From the NCBI GenBank assembly GCA_047495785.1, contig JBLDXI010000028.1:372001-436000 (forward strand): a DNA stretch of 64,000 nucleotides. The letters run 5' to 3'. This stretch comes from Lepidodermella squamata (lineage: Eukaryota; Animalia; Gastrotricha). The position numbers and the translations under genes were made by a program. Under the pieces are notes generated by a model that worked only from the letters and a program-made list of their open reading frames with translations, did not search any database and had not been told where the DNA came from. Shown here one piece after another: positions 30,683 through 42,983 of the stretch (the first letter of the stretch is position 1; the number at the start of each line of letters is the position of its first letter).

Positions 30683-31455
30683 GGCAAGGGCAGTGGCCAG
30701 AAGAACTCCGATGCCAAGCCAGTGGCTGTTCAGGAGCAGATATCGAAGAAGAACCCCAATGGTAGCCCTGTGGGTCCGCAGCATCTGGCACTCATTCCAG
30801 CACTGCAGTCTGCACGGCCCGTATTTAAGCAGACATCTAACAAAACAAAAAATAATGTCGTTCCATCTCAGAAGCTAACAGCAAAAATCATCAAAGGCCC
30901 TGCTCATCCTCTGATCAAAAAGTGTCGTGGCAGATGCTGAGCCAGTCGATATATAGACATCTGCCTGCGTTCTTAATGCATCACATAAACTATAAATATT
31001 ATAAAATCCTGAAGAAAAATGAAGACAAATCTGGAATCAATATGGGAGAACAAAGTTGCGGGCTGATGAGGGTTAAGGATCGAATAGCCGCACCCTATTT
31101 ATTTGTACCATTATGCTACCATTATGCTTGCAAACAATTCAAAAATAAAATAGCACGGGAATTCTCGTTCCTTTTGTAGCATAAGGTGGTCACATGTATC
31201 AGCGTTTGTTCTCCCTGGCAACAATTCCTGAGCTTCAATGGTCACGGTAATTCATTTTAAGGCATTTTGAATTACCGTAATTACGAATTACCATTCACGG
31301 TGTAAATGCGCAAAATGGACTATGGTGGCTGTCTCCGGCTGTTCATTTTTATGTTTAGGTCTCTAAATGAAGTTATTGCTATTTGAGTGATTGTAAATAC
31401 GGGAATAAGTATTCATAAACGGGGAATAAATTTTGGTCATTTTTGAGAATGGGTA

Positions 31456-31496
31456 CCACTTGCGCTTTTCCCACTTGCGCTTTCCCATTTGCGCTG
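31456..31496. repeat. Short tandem repeat, about 3 copies of CCACTTGCGCTTT(T)C
   Basis: Directly visible tandem units. Confidence 0.7.
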
Positions 31497-31560
31497 CGAT
31501 TTCAATTAAAATTTCAGAACATTGCCAAATACGTGTAATCAGCGAGGACATAACATAACA

Positions 31561-32595
31561 TATTTATTTATTATTTATTTATTTATTTAGAAGCTATGAC
31601 ACCCAAGAGAGGGCAGCTTGACAATGTTTGAAGGAAAAAGCAACAGATAATTTATTCATAACATTTTCTTTATTCTTCAGCACTTTGGAGATTAAAAGAA
31701 CAGTAAAAAACAACATTAGAAAAAACAACAAAACTGCGTGTTGAGAATAAAAATCACTCCGGTGTACACGCCCTGCCGGACAGGTCACGGTGGTGACCTG
31801 GCAAGCAGAGCGCGTGTCGGAGGAGGACCAGTCTAGGGGACCGATCCTAGTCAAACCGAAATCATTTTCCATCAATGAAACAAAATAGACAAAATCCCAC
31901 GAGAAGTATCAGATCATCAACCCAGACTATGAATTTTCAGCCTCCACTCACCTCTGTCCTTCGCTAAATCATCTGCATCCTCTACATTTTGAATTCCCAC
32001 CCGCCCCAAATGTTTCTTAATACAGTCGAGCCACCTTAGCTTAGGTCTGCCTCTAGGCCGTTTCCACCCCTCCGGCACGTTCCAATACCGTACTCGGTGG
32101 GTCAGCCGTTCGGGGTCCATGCGAGCAACATGGCCGTACCACCTAAGTTGATGTCTTGCTACTATCGAAGATAATTTTTGAGTTTCACATTTTTCTCTAA
32201 TATAATCATTCCTAACTCTGTCCCTCAGAGTGACACCGCAATGCTACGTAGGCACCGCATCTGACAAACGTTCAGTCGCCGTTCATCCTCACTGGTCATC
32301 GTCCAAATTTCACCCCCAAATTTCGCAACCGGTTCTACTGTACCTCGAAGACACTTCATTTTTACGTTAATAGGTATAGATTTATTACCAAAAATATATT
32401 TTTTCAAGGCACCGAAAGCTTTGCAGCTTTTCTCTATTCTTGCCCTGATGTCGTTTTTTGAAGCTCCATCTGAGGTAATTATACTACCTAAATATGTGAA
32501 GCTACTAACTTCTTCCAGTCATTCGTTGTAAATAATAAAAGGCTCAACAATTTCATCTCCTTTGTTAATAACCATGAATTTGGTTTTTGGTATGA
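31561..32595 (-). mobile_element. 5'-truncated RTE-clade LINE with 3' UTR and (TAAA)n tail
   Basis: Frameshifted RT C-terminal region FTYLGSII...DIRARIEK...EIWTMT..DERRLNVCQMRCLR...LRWYGHVARM...KRPRGRPKLRWLD...AKDRGEWR. The (TTTA)n microsatellite at 31561-31588 marks the 3' end. Confidence 0.9.
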
Positions 32596-33143
32596 TGATC
32601 AGCGAGGAATTATTATAAAATGATAAAATAATATAATAGAGCTCAAAATTTAGAACAAAATTGTCAATTTTTTAGGATGTTTCAATGAAAAAGTCTCGAA
32701 GATAAAAGGGATGGAAAAATGCCATCAAAGTCGAATTTATTTAATTTTCTCTCGCACATCCACTGCAGGGAATTCATCGAGGCCCCTCGAATAATCTTGT
32801 TGATATTTGAATTTGTCTGGCACTTCTAGACCAGGTTGTCGATTTAGTCCTTAATGGTGAGCGCCTATAGATTTGGGCGGTAGATTTTTGACGTCTTTTT
32901 CAATATTTTTTTAAATTTTCGCTGGCGAGCGACATATCGCATATTTTCTGTATGATGATGATCGAGCACCAGACGTTGAAAGACAGAAGCTAGTCACGAT
33001 TTGTTAAAGCACTCCTATTGCTTAAGTATTCCAGCTTTGAGATTCTTGGCGAAGCAGGCTAGTCGACGAAATTGAGCTCATTTGTCATGTAACATTCACG
33101 TTTCATCTCAAGAAAACAAAGCAAACGTTAGCTTCGGGAGTTT

Positions 33144-33251
33144 CAATTACCAAAAGATTCCTATCGCTGCGCGAATGCTCATCGAAAATCGAAAGCACCA
33201 TCTCCGCAAATTTCGATGACCAAAGCGGAAACACTTCGAAAAATCGCGAAT
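33144..33251. repeat. Dispersed repeat of about 100 bp, copy 2
   Basis: Matches 27914-28014 with a small internal duplication (ATCGAAA). Confidence 0.85.
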
Positions 33252-33805
33252 TTTTCCATCTTTAACAGCATGCAGTGAGTTTATTTATATATTATATAGA
33301 AAAATTATATTTAAAATTAATTCAATTGTTTTATCAACGTAATTAAGCTGTATATAAAACCAATTATTCACCTTCAACGGCTAAGACGCGCCAAAAATCT
33401 GATCACATGATTATCTTCACGTGCACAGGCCCCTGACTGAGTTTGGACCATTCTCGATTGTGTTGTGTTGCCTTCTGACTGTGTCACCAGTGGCTGTGTT
33501 ACCTGTTGATCGACGAGTCCTCCTTTACATGTGAATCTCAAGGAGATAGTCGTATTCTTGGCTCCCACCGTGATGTAATTACAATATTTACTTACGAAAG
33601 TTTCTTTCTAAACCACCAATATACACTTCTCGTTTTCGGCTTCTCATTTAAACGCTGAAAGTTTGTTTGAAGTCATACGTAATCCCCGTATTCTCCCAAT
33701 GGACTTGTCTTGTTAGCAATTACGGAGTTTGTAATTCCGAAAATGCCGAACGGACAAACTTTCGGTTTTTATTTCTATTATCTCTTTTAGTCGAGTTACG
33801 TCGTG

Positions 33806-35463
33806 ATGTCGAGCCTCATCCGTGGTGCTGCGTTTGCTGCCCGATTCACTCCTGCCCGTTCTTTGTCTGCGGCTGCTATTGCTGAGCCGATCCGTAAGCC
33901 AGAAATAAAATATGTCAAGCATTTCATCAACAACGAGTGGGTCGAGTCGGCAAGCAAGAAGACGTTCCCTGTTTTGAACCCAGCGACTGGCGAGAAAATT
34001 GTCGAAATTGCCGAAGGCGACAAGGCCGAAATCGACAAGGCTGTCGCTGCAGCTCGTGATGCATTTCGTCTTGGCTCGCCTTGGCGCCGTATGGATGCGT
34101 CGCAACGTGGTCGCCTCTTGTACAAACTCGCAGATTTGATGGAGCGCGATCGCCGTTATCTTGCAGTATGTTTTGGTCAAATGTTTTTCGGATCTTATAT
34201 TTTTTTGCTTGCCTTAAGTCTCTCGAGACTCTCGACAACGGCAAGCCCTACTCTGCTTCATACAACGTTGATGTTCCGCTTTCAATCAGCCATCTTCGTT
34301 ACTACGCTGGTATTGCGGATAAAATTCAGGGCAAAGTCATCCCTGTTGGTGAGTTCTTATGGCTCTGATGTTTAACCATATATGAAATTGTAATAACAGA
34401 TGGCGACTTCTTTGCATACACTCGCCATGAACCAAAGGGAGTTGTTGGTCAAATCATCCCATGGAACTTCCCTCTACTGATGCAAGCCTGGAAACTCGGA
34501 CCAGCCCTCGCTGCTGGTTGCACTGTTGTTATGAAGACTGCAGAGCAGACGCCCCTTTCTGCTCTATACGTCGCTAACCTCGCCAAGGAAGCCGGTTTCC
34601 CCGAAGGTGTCATCAACATCGTTTCAGGTTACGGCCCAACTGCTGGTGCTGCCCTCGCCCGCCATCCTGACGTCGACAAGGTCGCTTTCACCGGCTCGAC
34701 GGAAATCGGTGTCAAGGTCGCTGAAATGGCTGTTCAAAGCAATTTGAAGCGTGTTACCCTTGAGCTCGGCGGCAAGAGCCCTAACATCATCCTGGCTGAT
34801 TGTGACTTCGACTACGCCGTCGAACAGGCTCACTTCGGTCTGTTCTTCAACCAAGGCCAGTGCTGCACCGCTGGTTCGAGGACTTTTGTTGAAGAATCGA
34901 TCTACGACAAGTTCGTCGAGGCTAGCGTTGCTCGCGCGAAGAAGCGCACTGTTGGCGATCCGTTCGACCCGAAGAACGAGCAGGGCCCTCAGGTCGACGA
35001 GAGCCAGATGAAGAAGATTCTCGGCCTCATCGAAACCGGCAAGAAGGAAGGCGCCGTGCTCCACACTGGCGGCAGCCGTGTCGGATCGAAGGGTTACTTC
35101 GTTGCCCCGACCGTTTTCTCCGACGTCAAGGACGATATGACGATCGCCCGTGAGGAGATCTTCGGCCCGGTTATGCAGATTTTGAAGTTCAAGAAGCTGG
35201 ACGAAGTTATCGAGCGTGCAAATAAGACTTCCTACGGCTTGGCCGCGGCAATTTTCTCGCGTGATGTCGATAAGATCAACTATTTGACTCAGGGCGTTCG
35301 CGCTGGAACTGTTTGGGTCAACTGCTATGATATTTTCTCGGACCAGGCGCCGTTCGGCGGTTTCAAGATGAGCGGCTGGGGTCGTGAGAAGGGCGACTAC
35401 GGCATCGAAGCGTACACCGAGCCGAAATGCGTCATCACCAAGGTTCCGCAGAAGAATTCGTAA
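33806..35463 (+). CDS. ALDH2: Aldehyde dehydrogenase, mitochondrial ALDH2-like (paralogue A); introns 34166-34218 and 34349-34399
   Basis: Arg/Ala/Ser-rich presequence [44 protein letters not shown], catalytic LELGGKSP and [19 protein letters not shown]-terminal PQKNS. Confidence 0.9.
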
Positions 35464-36556
35464 AAAACTGCTGCTGAGATTAAAATAACTGGTTTTTCTT
35501 CTTGATTCATGAAAATCGACCGTGTGCCTATATTTTTTTTGATTGAGGATTCACAACACTTGCATTTTTTCTCGTCAAATATTTTAGGGAGTCACTTGTT
35601 TTTCTTCCGGCGAAATAAAGCACAGCTTTTTTTGCTCTCGTAGTATCTCTTTATTTGTTTGGACATGACTGGCAGTTTTTTATCTAGGGTGCTTAACGAG
35701 CCTTATCGGCTCTCCTCTCGCAAACCGTACCAGAAAACAGGGTAAATTTGCGGTACTCAATAGGAAGATAAGCAGCCGTATCTTCATTATACCAGTAACG
35801 AAGCTGCTATGTGGCGCGGTTAACGTTTTTTTTCTGTGGTGTGTAAATATACCAGTTGCAGTAGCGATAAGCCGCGCCCATGTTTATACCACATCACGGA
35901 TGAATGGGAGGAGCGTTAATTTATTTGCAGTGAAGAGGTAATTAATTTGAAATAATTACCGCAAATAATCGCATCGTTTCATTTGGTGGTCTAAGTTCAA
36001 CATGTTTCGTACGGTGGTATTATTGCATTACTACAGGCGGATATAGGCGAAAATCTCTGATCCAAGTTTTAACGACTTATTTGTGAAATTGATGGCTGAT
36101 TCTGAAATTCGGCGTGACGTGGATAGGAATCTTAATGAGCAATTTCCGTTCTGTAATTGTCGACCTGCTTGACACTTCGATGAAAATGCATATTTCAAAG
36201 ATATATGTGAAGTCGACACCATTAGATAATAACATTTCAGCGCGCGGAAAGTGCTCAATTGAAGTGTCTATAACCAGCGGAAGTGCTTGATTGATCAATA
36301 CGCAAGAATCGAAATTTTCATGCCGTCGATTCTGGCAAGAATCGAACTCCAAAATGGCCAACTAGAAATGAAACTCGATTTCGTGATTATGATGGAAACT
36401 GTCTTTCTGCTGAGTCATCAAAATTCTCCATTTTCTTGGGCTTTCAAAGGTATCAAAGCGTTTTGGTGTAGAAATGTTGCAGATTCGCTCTGCCGAATTC
36501 GTCCCATTTCAGCATGTCAAAGTGACCCAGACTTTAAATTTCACCCGATTTGACAA

Positions 36557-36667
36557 TATAACGCTAGCGACGCGGCCTAGCGCTCCGTTATGCGATATTA
36601 TTTACTTATTTTGGCACTCTGGAAGAAGTTGCCGAATGAAACGATGGGCAGCGTCGCTAACGATGTG
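36557..36667. mobile_element. Degenerate MITE of about 110 bp related to the 10040-10226 element
   Basis: TATAACGCTAGCGACGC at 36557 and GCGTCGCTAACGATGTG at 36651 resemble the TATATCGTTAGCGACGC termini of the TRMT9B-intron MITE. Confidence 0.5.
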
Positions 36668-36948
36668 ATAGCAACCTGGTTTTATCAAAACAACCGGCTT
36701 CGATTAGAAAATGTGCCGTTTTCGAGATGCCCTTTCCACTGTGTAAATGATTTATTTTCCGGACGTCCCCAATCTGGGTTTATAACCGAGACAGCTGGTT
36801 TGGCCATTTTATCTCCTTTGGATTGGATTACTAAGCTTTATCGCGTTCATTCCGTGTTTTTTATCAACTAAAGCTGGCTGTATAAAGCGCGAACAATGGC
36901 GCATTGCCGGTACAAACCGCGTTTTTTGCCCGAATTAAACCGAAAAAA

Positions 36949-38494
36949 ATGGCAGCACCGCAAGTTCCACCACCAAATCGCAACCCTGAAGTGAAATTCA
37001 CGCAGCACTTCATCAACAACAAATGGGTGCCGTCAATCAGTGGAAAAAAATTCCCAGCCATCAACCCAGCAACTGGCGAGAAAATCTGCGACGTTGCCGA
37101 GGGTCTTGCCGAGGACATTGACGTCGCTGTGAAAGCAGCGCGCAAGGCGTTCGCGCTCAACTCACCATGGCGAACCATGGACCCGGTGCAACGAGGCCGT
37201 CTGCTTGCTAAACTCGCTGACTTGATCGAGCGCGACCGTCAATACCTAGCTTCGCTCGAGACTCTGAACGTCGGAAAGCCGTACGCTGAAGCTTACTTGG
37301 TTGATCTTCAAATCGCGATCAACTACTACCGCTACTGCGGAGGATTGGCTGACAAAATCTGCGGAAAGACCATTCCAACGGAAGGTCCATTTTTCTGCTA
37401 CACCCGTCGCGAGCCTAAGGGAGTTGCCGGTCTCATCGTCCCATGGAATTTCCCGCTTTTGCTGCAGTCGATGAAGTTGGCCCCGGCCTTGGCTGCTGGT
37501 TGCACAGTTGTCATGAAGACGGCTGAACAGTCACCACTATCGGCTTTGTACGTCGCTCACCTGACGAAAGAAGCGGGCTTTCCAGATGGCGTTGTCAACA
37601 TCGTGTCTGGCTATGGCCCAACTGCTGGTGCTGCTTTGTCGAACCATATGGATGTCGATAAGCTCAGCTTCACTGGCTCGACTGAGGTCGGCCGCTTGAT
37701 TGCCCAAGCCGCTGGAGCGACCAATTTGAAGCGAGTAACCCTGGAGTTGGGAGGCAAAAGTCCTAACATTGTTTGCGAGGATGCTGATTGTAAGTTTATG
37801 CTCGGAAGATCGGCTAAGATAAAAAATCTTTGTTTCAGTTGACTACGCTGTTGAAGCTTCCCATCAAGCCCTTTTCTTCAATCAAGGGCAATGCTGCCTT
37901 GCTGGCTCGCGAACCTTCGTCCACGAGTCTATCTACGACAAATTTGTCGAAGCCAGTGCTGCCCGTGCCAAGAAGCGCACCGTTGGCGATCCGTTTGAAA
38001 TCGGCGTTGAACAGGGTGCTCAAATCGATGAACCATCAATGAAGAAGATCGCTGAGCTCGTGGAATCTGGCGTCAAGGAGGGCGCGACTCTGAAATGCGG
38101 CGGAAAACGTATCGCTGGCAAGGGCAATTTCTTCGAGCCAACTGTGTTCGCCGATGTCAAGGACGACATGCGCATTGCTAGGGAGGAAATTTTCGGCCCG
38201 GTCATGCAAATTCTGAAATTTTCGACTTTGGACGAAGTCATTGAGCGAGCCAACAATACGTCGTATGGCCTTGGCTCTGCTGTTTTCTCGAAGAATGTTG
38301 ACACTATCAATTACATCAGCGAGGGACTCAGGGCTGGAACTGTCTGGGTTAACTGCTACGGTGTTGGTAGCGATGGTGCGCCATTCGGCGGCTACAAGAT
38401 GAGCGGCTGGGGTCGCGAGAAGGGCGAGGAAGGCTTGGACGCCTACCTGGAGACGAAAACCGTTTTCGTCAAAACCTCGGCTAAAAATTCGTAA
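36949..38494 (+). CDS. Aldehyde dehydrogenase ALDH1/2 family, cytosolic paralogue B; intron 37790-37838
   Basis: No presequence; [37 protein letters not shown] and the AKNS end. A 49-nt intron joins the ORFs in frame. Confidence 0.92.
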
Positions 38495-38852
38495 TTGCTC
38501 TTCAAATCCTTAACTGGCATTGATTTTACTTGATTTATTATATAAAATTTTAATTAATTCCGTGTGGTCAAGAGAGAGTCGGATAATACCCGTGGTATGA
38601 ATAAAACATGGATCGCGGAAATCTGATATTTATCGGTGTATGCATAATTTACAACAGAGTATTATTGCTATGGAGCCGTTAGATGAGATCGAAAAAAATG
38701 CTGCCTGACGAATCCTTCGGGTGCACTTGCGGTATCTAAGCAAATCACGTCACTAACTCTCCGTAGGCCTTTAACAACCGCCACGCTGCTCTCACACCTC
38801 ATCTGTCCGAATTTGTTTTTAGTGAATTGCTATTAGCGTTTAGTTCTATCCA

Positions 38853-40847
38853 ATGGCGCTGACGGGGGTTACGAGATTTTCGACCGCTGGTGGACATCCC
38901 TTCTTTGTGCTCGCCGAGCCGATTTTGACATCTCGAAGCGCAGTGAGAGCCCGAAGCCGCGATTACAGCGGGGCTGATTCTAGTCCTCAAACAATTGAAT
39001 CCAATAAAGACTATCTAATCGACAAGGTCTCAAATTAATTTTCGAGCTGTTTCGTATATAACTTTTCTTTAACAAAGTTGCGGAAGGAAAACTCGGCTTT
39101 GAAGAGTGAAATGATGGTCCTGAAGCAGCAACTTACACAAATGATCTCAAAGCTGGAAGAACAATTTATGACATACAAAATGACGAATGATCGAAAAGTG
39201 GCCGAGGCCGAGCAGCGATTTCAGGTATGAAGTCCACTTCCCAACTTCATGCATTTTTAGCAAATTTCCTCGAAGGAGTCGGAGAATCTACGCCGAGAAA
39301 CTGCTGAGCGACTTCGGCAAGTCTTGGATAGCAGACCTGAAAGTGTTGATCAGGTAGGAACGATTTCATACCATTTCTTTCAATAATCTTGTTTTCTTTC
39401 AGTTAGTATCTCGTGGCAAAAGCGCTCTGACGAGAGAGAAAGAGGCCTACACCCAAAATCCTCCTTCGCCTCACTTGAAATGGAAGATCAGTCGTGAATC
39501 CCCAGTCCCAGAAATTTTCCATGGCGAATACTTTCAAAAATGCAGCAAACAATACAAAAGGCCTGTTTTCAGCGTTACAGCCGGCATCAGTGGCCTGCTG
39601 GTCATAAAAGAGAAACGAAGGCCATTCGAACCTCCTTCCTTGATCATTGTAACTGAACTAGGGCACATTGTATGCCTGTCTCGACATGATTGGTCAACCT
39701 TGGAATGGCAAGCAAAGGTCACGCTTGAAAACATTGACATCGAACACGCAGTTTATGACTCAGTCGCAGACCAACTTTACTTCACCAATTTAGGCAGTAA
39801 CGGCGGGGCGATTTATAAAGCTAGTCGAACTGAACTGATCGCGGCGGCAACTGGCGGGGTTCCTGTGGCTAACTCATCTACAACGGGAAGCCAAAACAAC
39901 TTGGATCAGATACTGCAGATTTCGGCTGCCCGGAGATCTGTGAATGTCCCTCTCCAAGTAATGATAGATTCCTCGCTAACAGAAGGTCGAAAATTCCGTG
40001 GAATAGCGATTGATAGCGACAGTCGGCTTCTCTTCGCCTGTGATCGATACGGAGCTAAGAAAGACATCTCAGTCTGGCTTTTACCGAGATCGGGAGGCGA
40101 AGCGACCGTGCCAAAACTCGTTGCCTCCATCGAATGCCAACACAAGCCGTTACATTGTACCTTTTTCATCGCGCCTAGGCACCAGGCTTTGTCAATTTTC
40201 GGGAGAAACTCACCCCTAGTGAATCAGTCTGCTCTACCAGCTTTGAGACGGTCGGCATCGCGAGAGCGTAGATCTGCCTCTAAAGAGCGGACGCCTAATC
40301 TAGATGATGGCGATGTTTTCGTGCTTGCGGTCAACAATTTCGAAAATTCCACCGTTGAAATTCTGGCAAAGTCGAAGCATGCATTCGCAACAGCTGTGAG
40401 ACAAGCCGCAACTCAGGACAATAATAGTCAATCCCTGAAACTTGACTTTGAGAAGGTTACTGTTTTGGCGGGGTCTGATCATCTAATCAGGGTCCGAACT
40501 GCCAGAGGAAATCCGGCGAATCGTCCTTGCGATTTGTGCTTTGATCAATCGGGAAACCTGTTTGTAATTGATCGTCATTTTAGCAGAATAGAAGTAAGCG
40601 TTTCGAACTCTTTAATTCATTTCTTATGCTATGAAACACTCTTTAGGCCTATTCTTTTGACACGACCAAAAATAAACACAATGATGGCCGGTCTTCGGCT
40701 CAACATCATGAGGTGAAGATGAGGAGGACATGGCACACTGACCCTATTGCAGGATCCATGTTCAGAGTGGCCGTCGCCGAAAATCCCCGGTCAAGACTGC
40801 CTGCAGTTTTAGCTACAAAAACTCATGACGTGATAATGTTCGAGTGA
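38853..40847 (+). CDS. Uncharacterised protein with N-terminal coiled coil and C-terminal NHL/beta-propeller-like region; about 5 exons
   Basis: Short exons encode LRKENSALKSEMMVLKQQLTQMISKLEEQF. The main exon has blade-like motifs AVYDSVADQLYFTN, FRGIAIDSDSRLLFACD and NRPCDLCFDQSGNLFVIDRHFSRIE. The last exon 40647-40847 is in frame. Confidence 0.65.
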
Positions 40848-41441
40848 TAGATAGTTTTTAAATTGGACGCATGTTATCTGTAGTTATAGTACATCAGCTT
40901 CCTATGGATTTAAAATAAACTTTTGTTTTGAGTTTGTGAGTTTTTTATGCTAGAAAGTTCTCCATGGCAATCAGGAAAAGTAGTTGGCGGGACGCATTAC
41001 GCTCTATTAATTATTTGAGAAATTAAGCGCCATTTTTTGCTTTTCGACGGAAAAATACTTGATGCCAACAGTTTGCGGCTCATAGTTTTTTTATGTAATC
41101 CTATACCAACGTGCTTACATTTTTTAAGAGAACAAATGCGGGTGAAAGCCACAGATGAGCCTGAAAGCTTTTGTATGCTTGATTTTCTTATATAGCTGTT
41201 TACCTTTTACGAATGCTGGTTAATTTTCGGTGATAAATGTATTATGTCACGGCAGTTTTAATAATAATAAGGTAGCGAGTAGAAGGGAATGAAGGAAGAA
41301 ACGTCAAGAAGCCCTAGCCAACCCACGCGGAAAAAACACCAAATAAAAGCCGGCTAAAAAGTAGTGTTTCTTCACTTTCCACGAGGCTGGTGTGGCGTGA
41401 TTACCTTTTTGCTTCTCTCTCAGAATAAATCACCATCAACA

Positions 41442-42983
41442 ATGACGGAGATTCAACCTACTCGCAATCCTGAAGTCAAGTACAAGGATCACTTCATCAA
41501 CAACGAATTCGTTCCATCGATTAGCGGCAAACGGTTCGATACCGTGAACCCAGCGACTGGCGAGAAGATCTGCGATGTAGCCGAGGGTTTTGCCGAGGAT
41601 ATTGACGTCGCGGTTAAGGCTGCTCGTAAAGCTTTCGCCCTGGGGTCAACCTGGCGAACAATGGACGCCTCTCAACGAGGTCGTCTTCTATACAAACTCG
41701 CTGATCTGATGGAACGTGACCGCCTCTATCTAGCCGTGAGTCTTGAAGCAATTTTTCTGTGAAACCCAGATATAGGTTTGAGAATTTTAGTCGCTGGAAA
41801 CTCTTGACAACGGCAAACCATTCTCAGCTTCTTACAACGTCGATCTGGCTCTGTCAATCTCCCACATTCGCTACTACGCTGGCATGGCTGATAAGATCCA
41901 GGGAAAGACCATCCCAACAGATGGTCCTTTCTTCTGCTACACCCGCCTCGAGCCTAAGGGAGTTGTCGGTCAGATCATCCCGTGGAACTTCCCTCTGCTG
42001 ATGCAAGCCTGGAAACTCGGACCAGCCCTCGCCGCTGGTTGCACTGTTGTTATGAAGACAGCTGAGCAGACCCCCTCACTGCTCTATACGTCGCGTCTCT
42101 GATTAAGGAGGCTGGTTTTCCGCCAGGTGTTGTCAACATTGTCTCAGGCTACGGACCAACCGCTGGTCACGCGTTAGCAGTTCACCTTGATGTCGATAAA
42201 GTTGCTTTTACTGGTTCAACCGAAATTGGCCGTATCGTTGCGGAAAATGCAGCTAAATCAAACTTGAAACGAGTCACGCTGGAATTAGGTGGCAAAAGCC
42301 CGAACATTGTCCTGGCCGATGCTGATTTCGACTACGCTGTTGAAATGTCGCATTTTGCCCTGTTTTTCAACCAAGGTCAGTGTTGTACTGCTGGTTCGAG
42401 GACTTTCGTTGAAGAATCGATCTACGACAAATTCGTCGAGGCTTGCGCTGCTCGTGCCAAGAAGCGAACTGTTGGCGATCCTTTTGATCCTAAGAACGAA
42501 CAGGGTGCTCAAGTCGACGAAGAGCAAATGAAGAAAATCCTTGGCCTGATTGAAGCTGGCACAAAGGAAGGTGCAACTTTGAAGTGCGGTGGTAAACGAT
42601 GGGGCGATAAGGGCTATTTTGTCGAGCCAACTGTATTTGCTGATGTTAAAGACGAAATGCGAATTGCTAAGGAAGAAATCTTTGGACCAGTCATGCAGAT
42701 CATGAAATTCAAGAATCTCGACGAGGTTATCGAGCGAGCAAACAATACTTCTTACGGTCTTGCTGCTGGTATCTTCTCAAAGGATATAGATAAGATCAAC
42801 TATTTGACGCAAGGAATTCGAGCTGGAACTGTTTGGGTCAACTGCTATGACATTTTCACTGATCAAGCTCCGTTTGGTGGATTCAAGGGCAGCGGCTGGG
42901 GTCGTGAGAAGGGAGATGCTGCTATTGAGGCTTACACCGAGCCAAAATGCGTTTTCATCAAACTTGCGCAGAAAAATTCATGA
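41442..42983 (+). CDS. Aldehyde dehydrogenase ALDH1/2 family, cytosolic paralogue C; intron 41736-41790; 1-nt deletion frameshift at about 42071-42075
   Basis: Complete ALDH motif set. The reading frame is restored by one extra C in the C5 run ([23 protein letters not shown]). Confidence 0.88.

Larger units (their letters stand above)
28558..30940 (+). pseudogene. Small secreted basic protein gene (118 aa when reconstructed) interrupted in exon 2 by a TIR transposon
   Basis: Exon 1 (28558-28652) encodes signal peptide MKQLLVVILLTCVVFISG, followed by a 50-nt GTAAGT...CGCTAG intron. Exon 2 (from 28703) is in frame with 30691-30940 once the element and one TSD copy are removed. Confidence 0.75.

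Noticed and set aside
30680-30940. Stand-alone 86-aa gene
   Set aside because: Its ATG comes from the transposon terminus; it is exon 2 of the disrupted gene starting at 28558.
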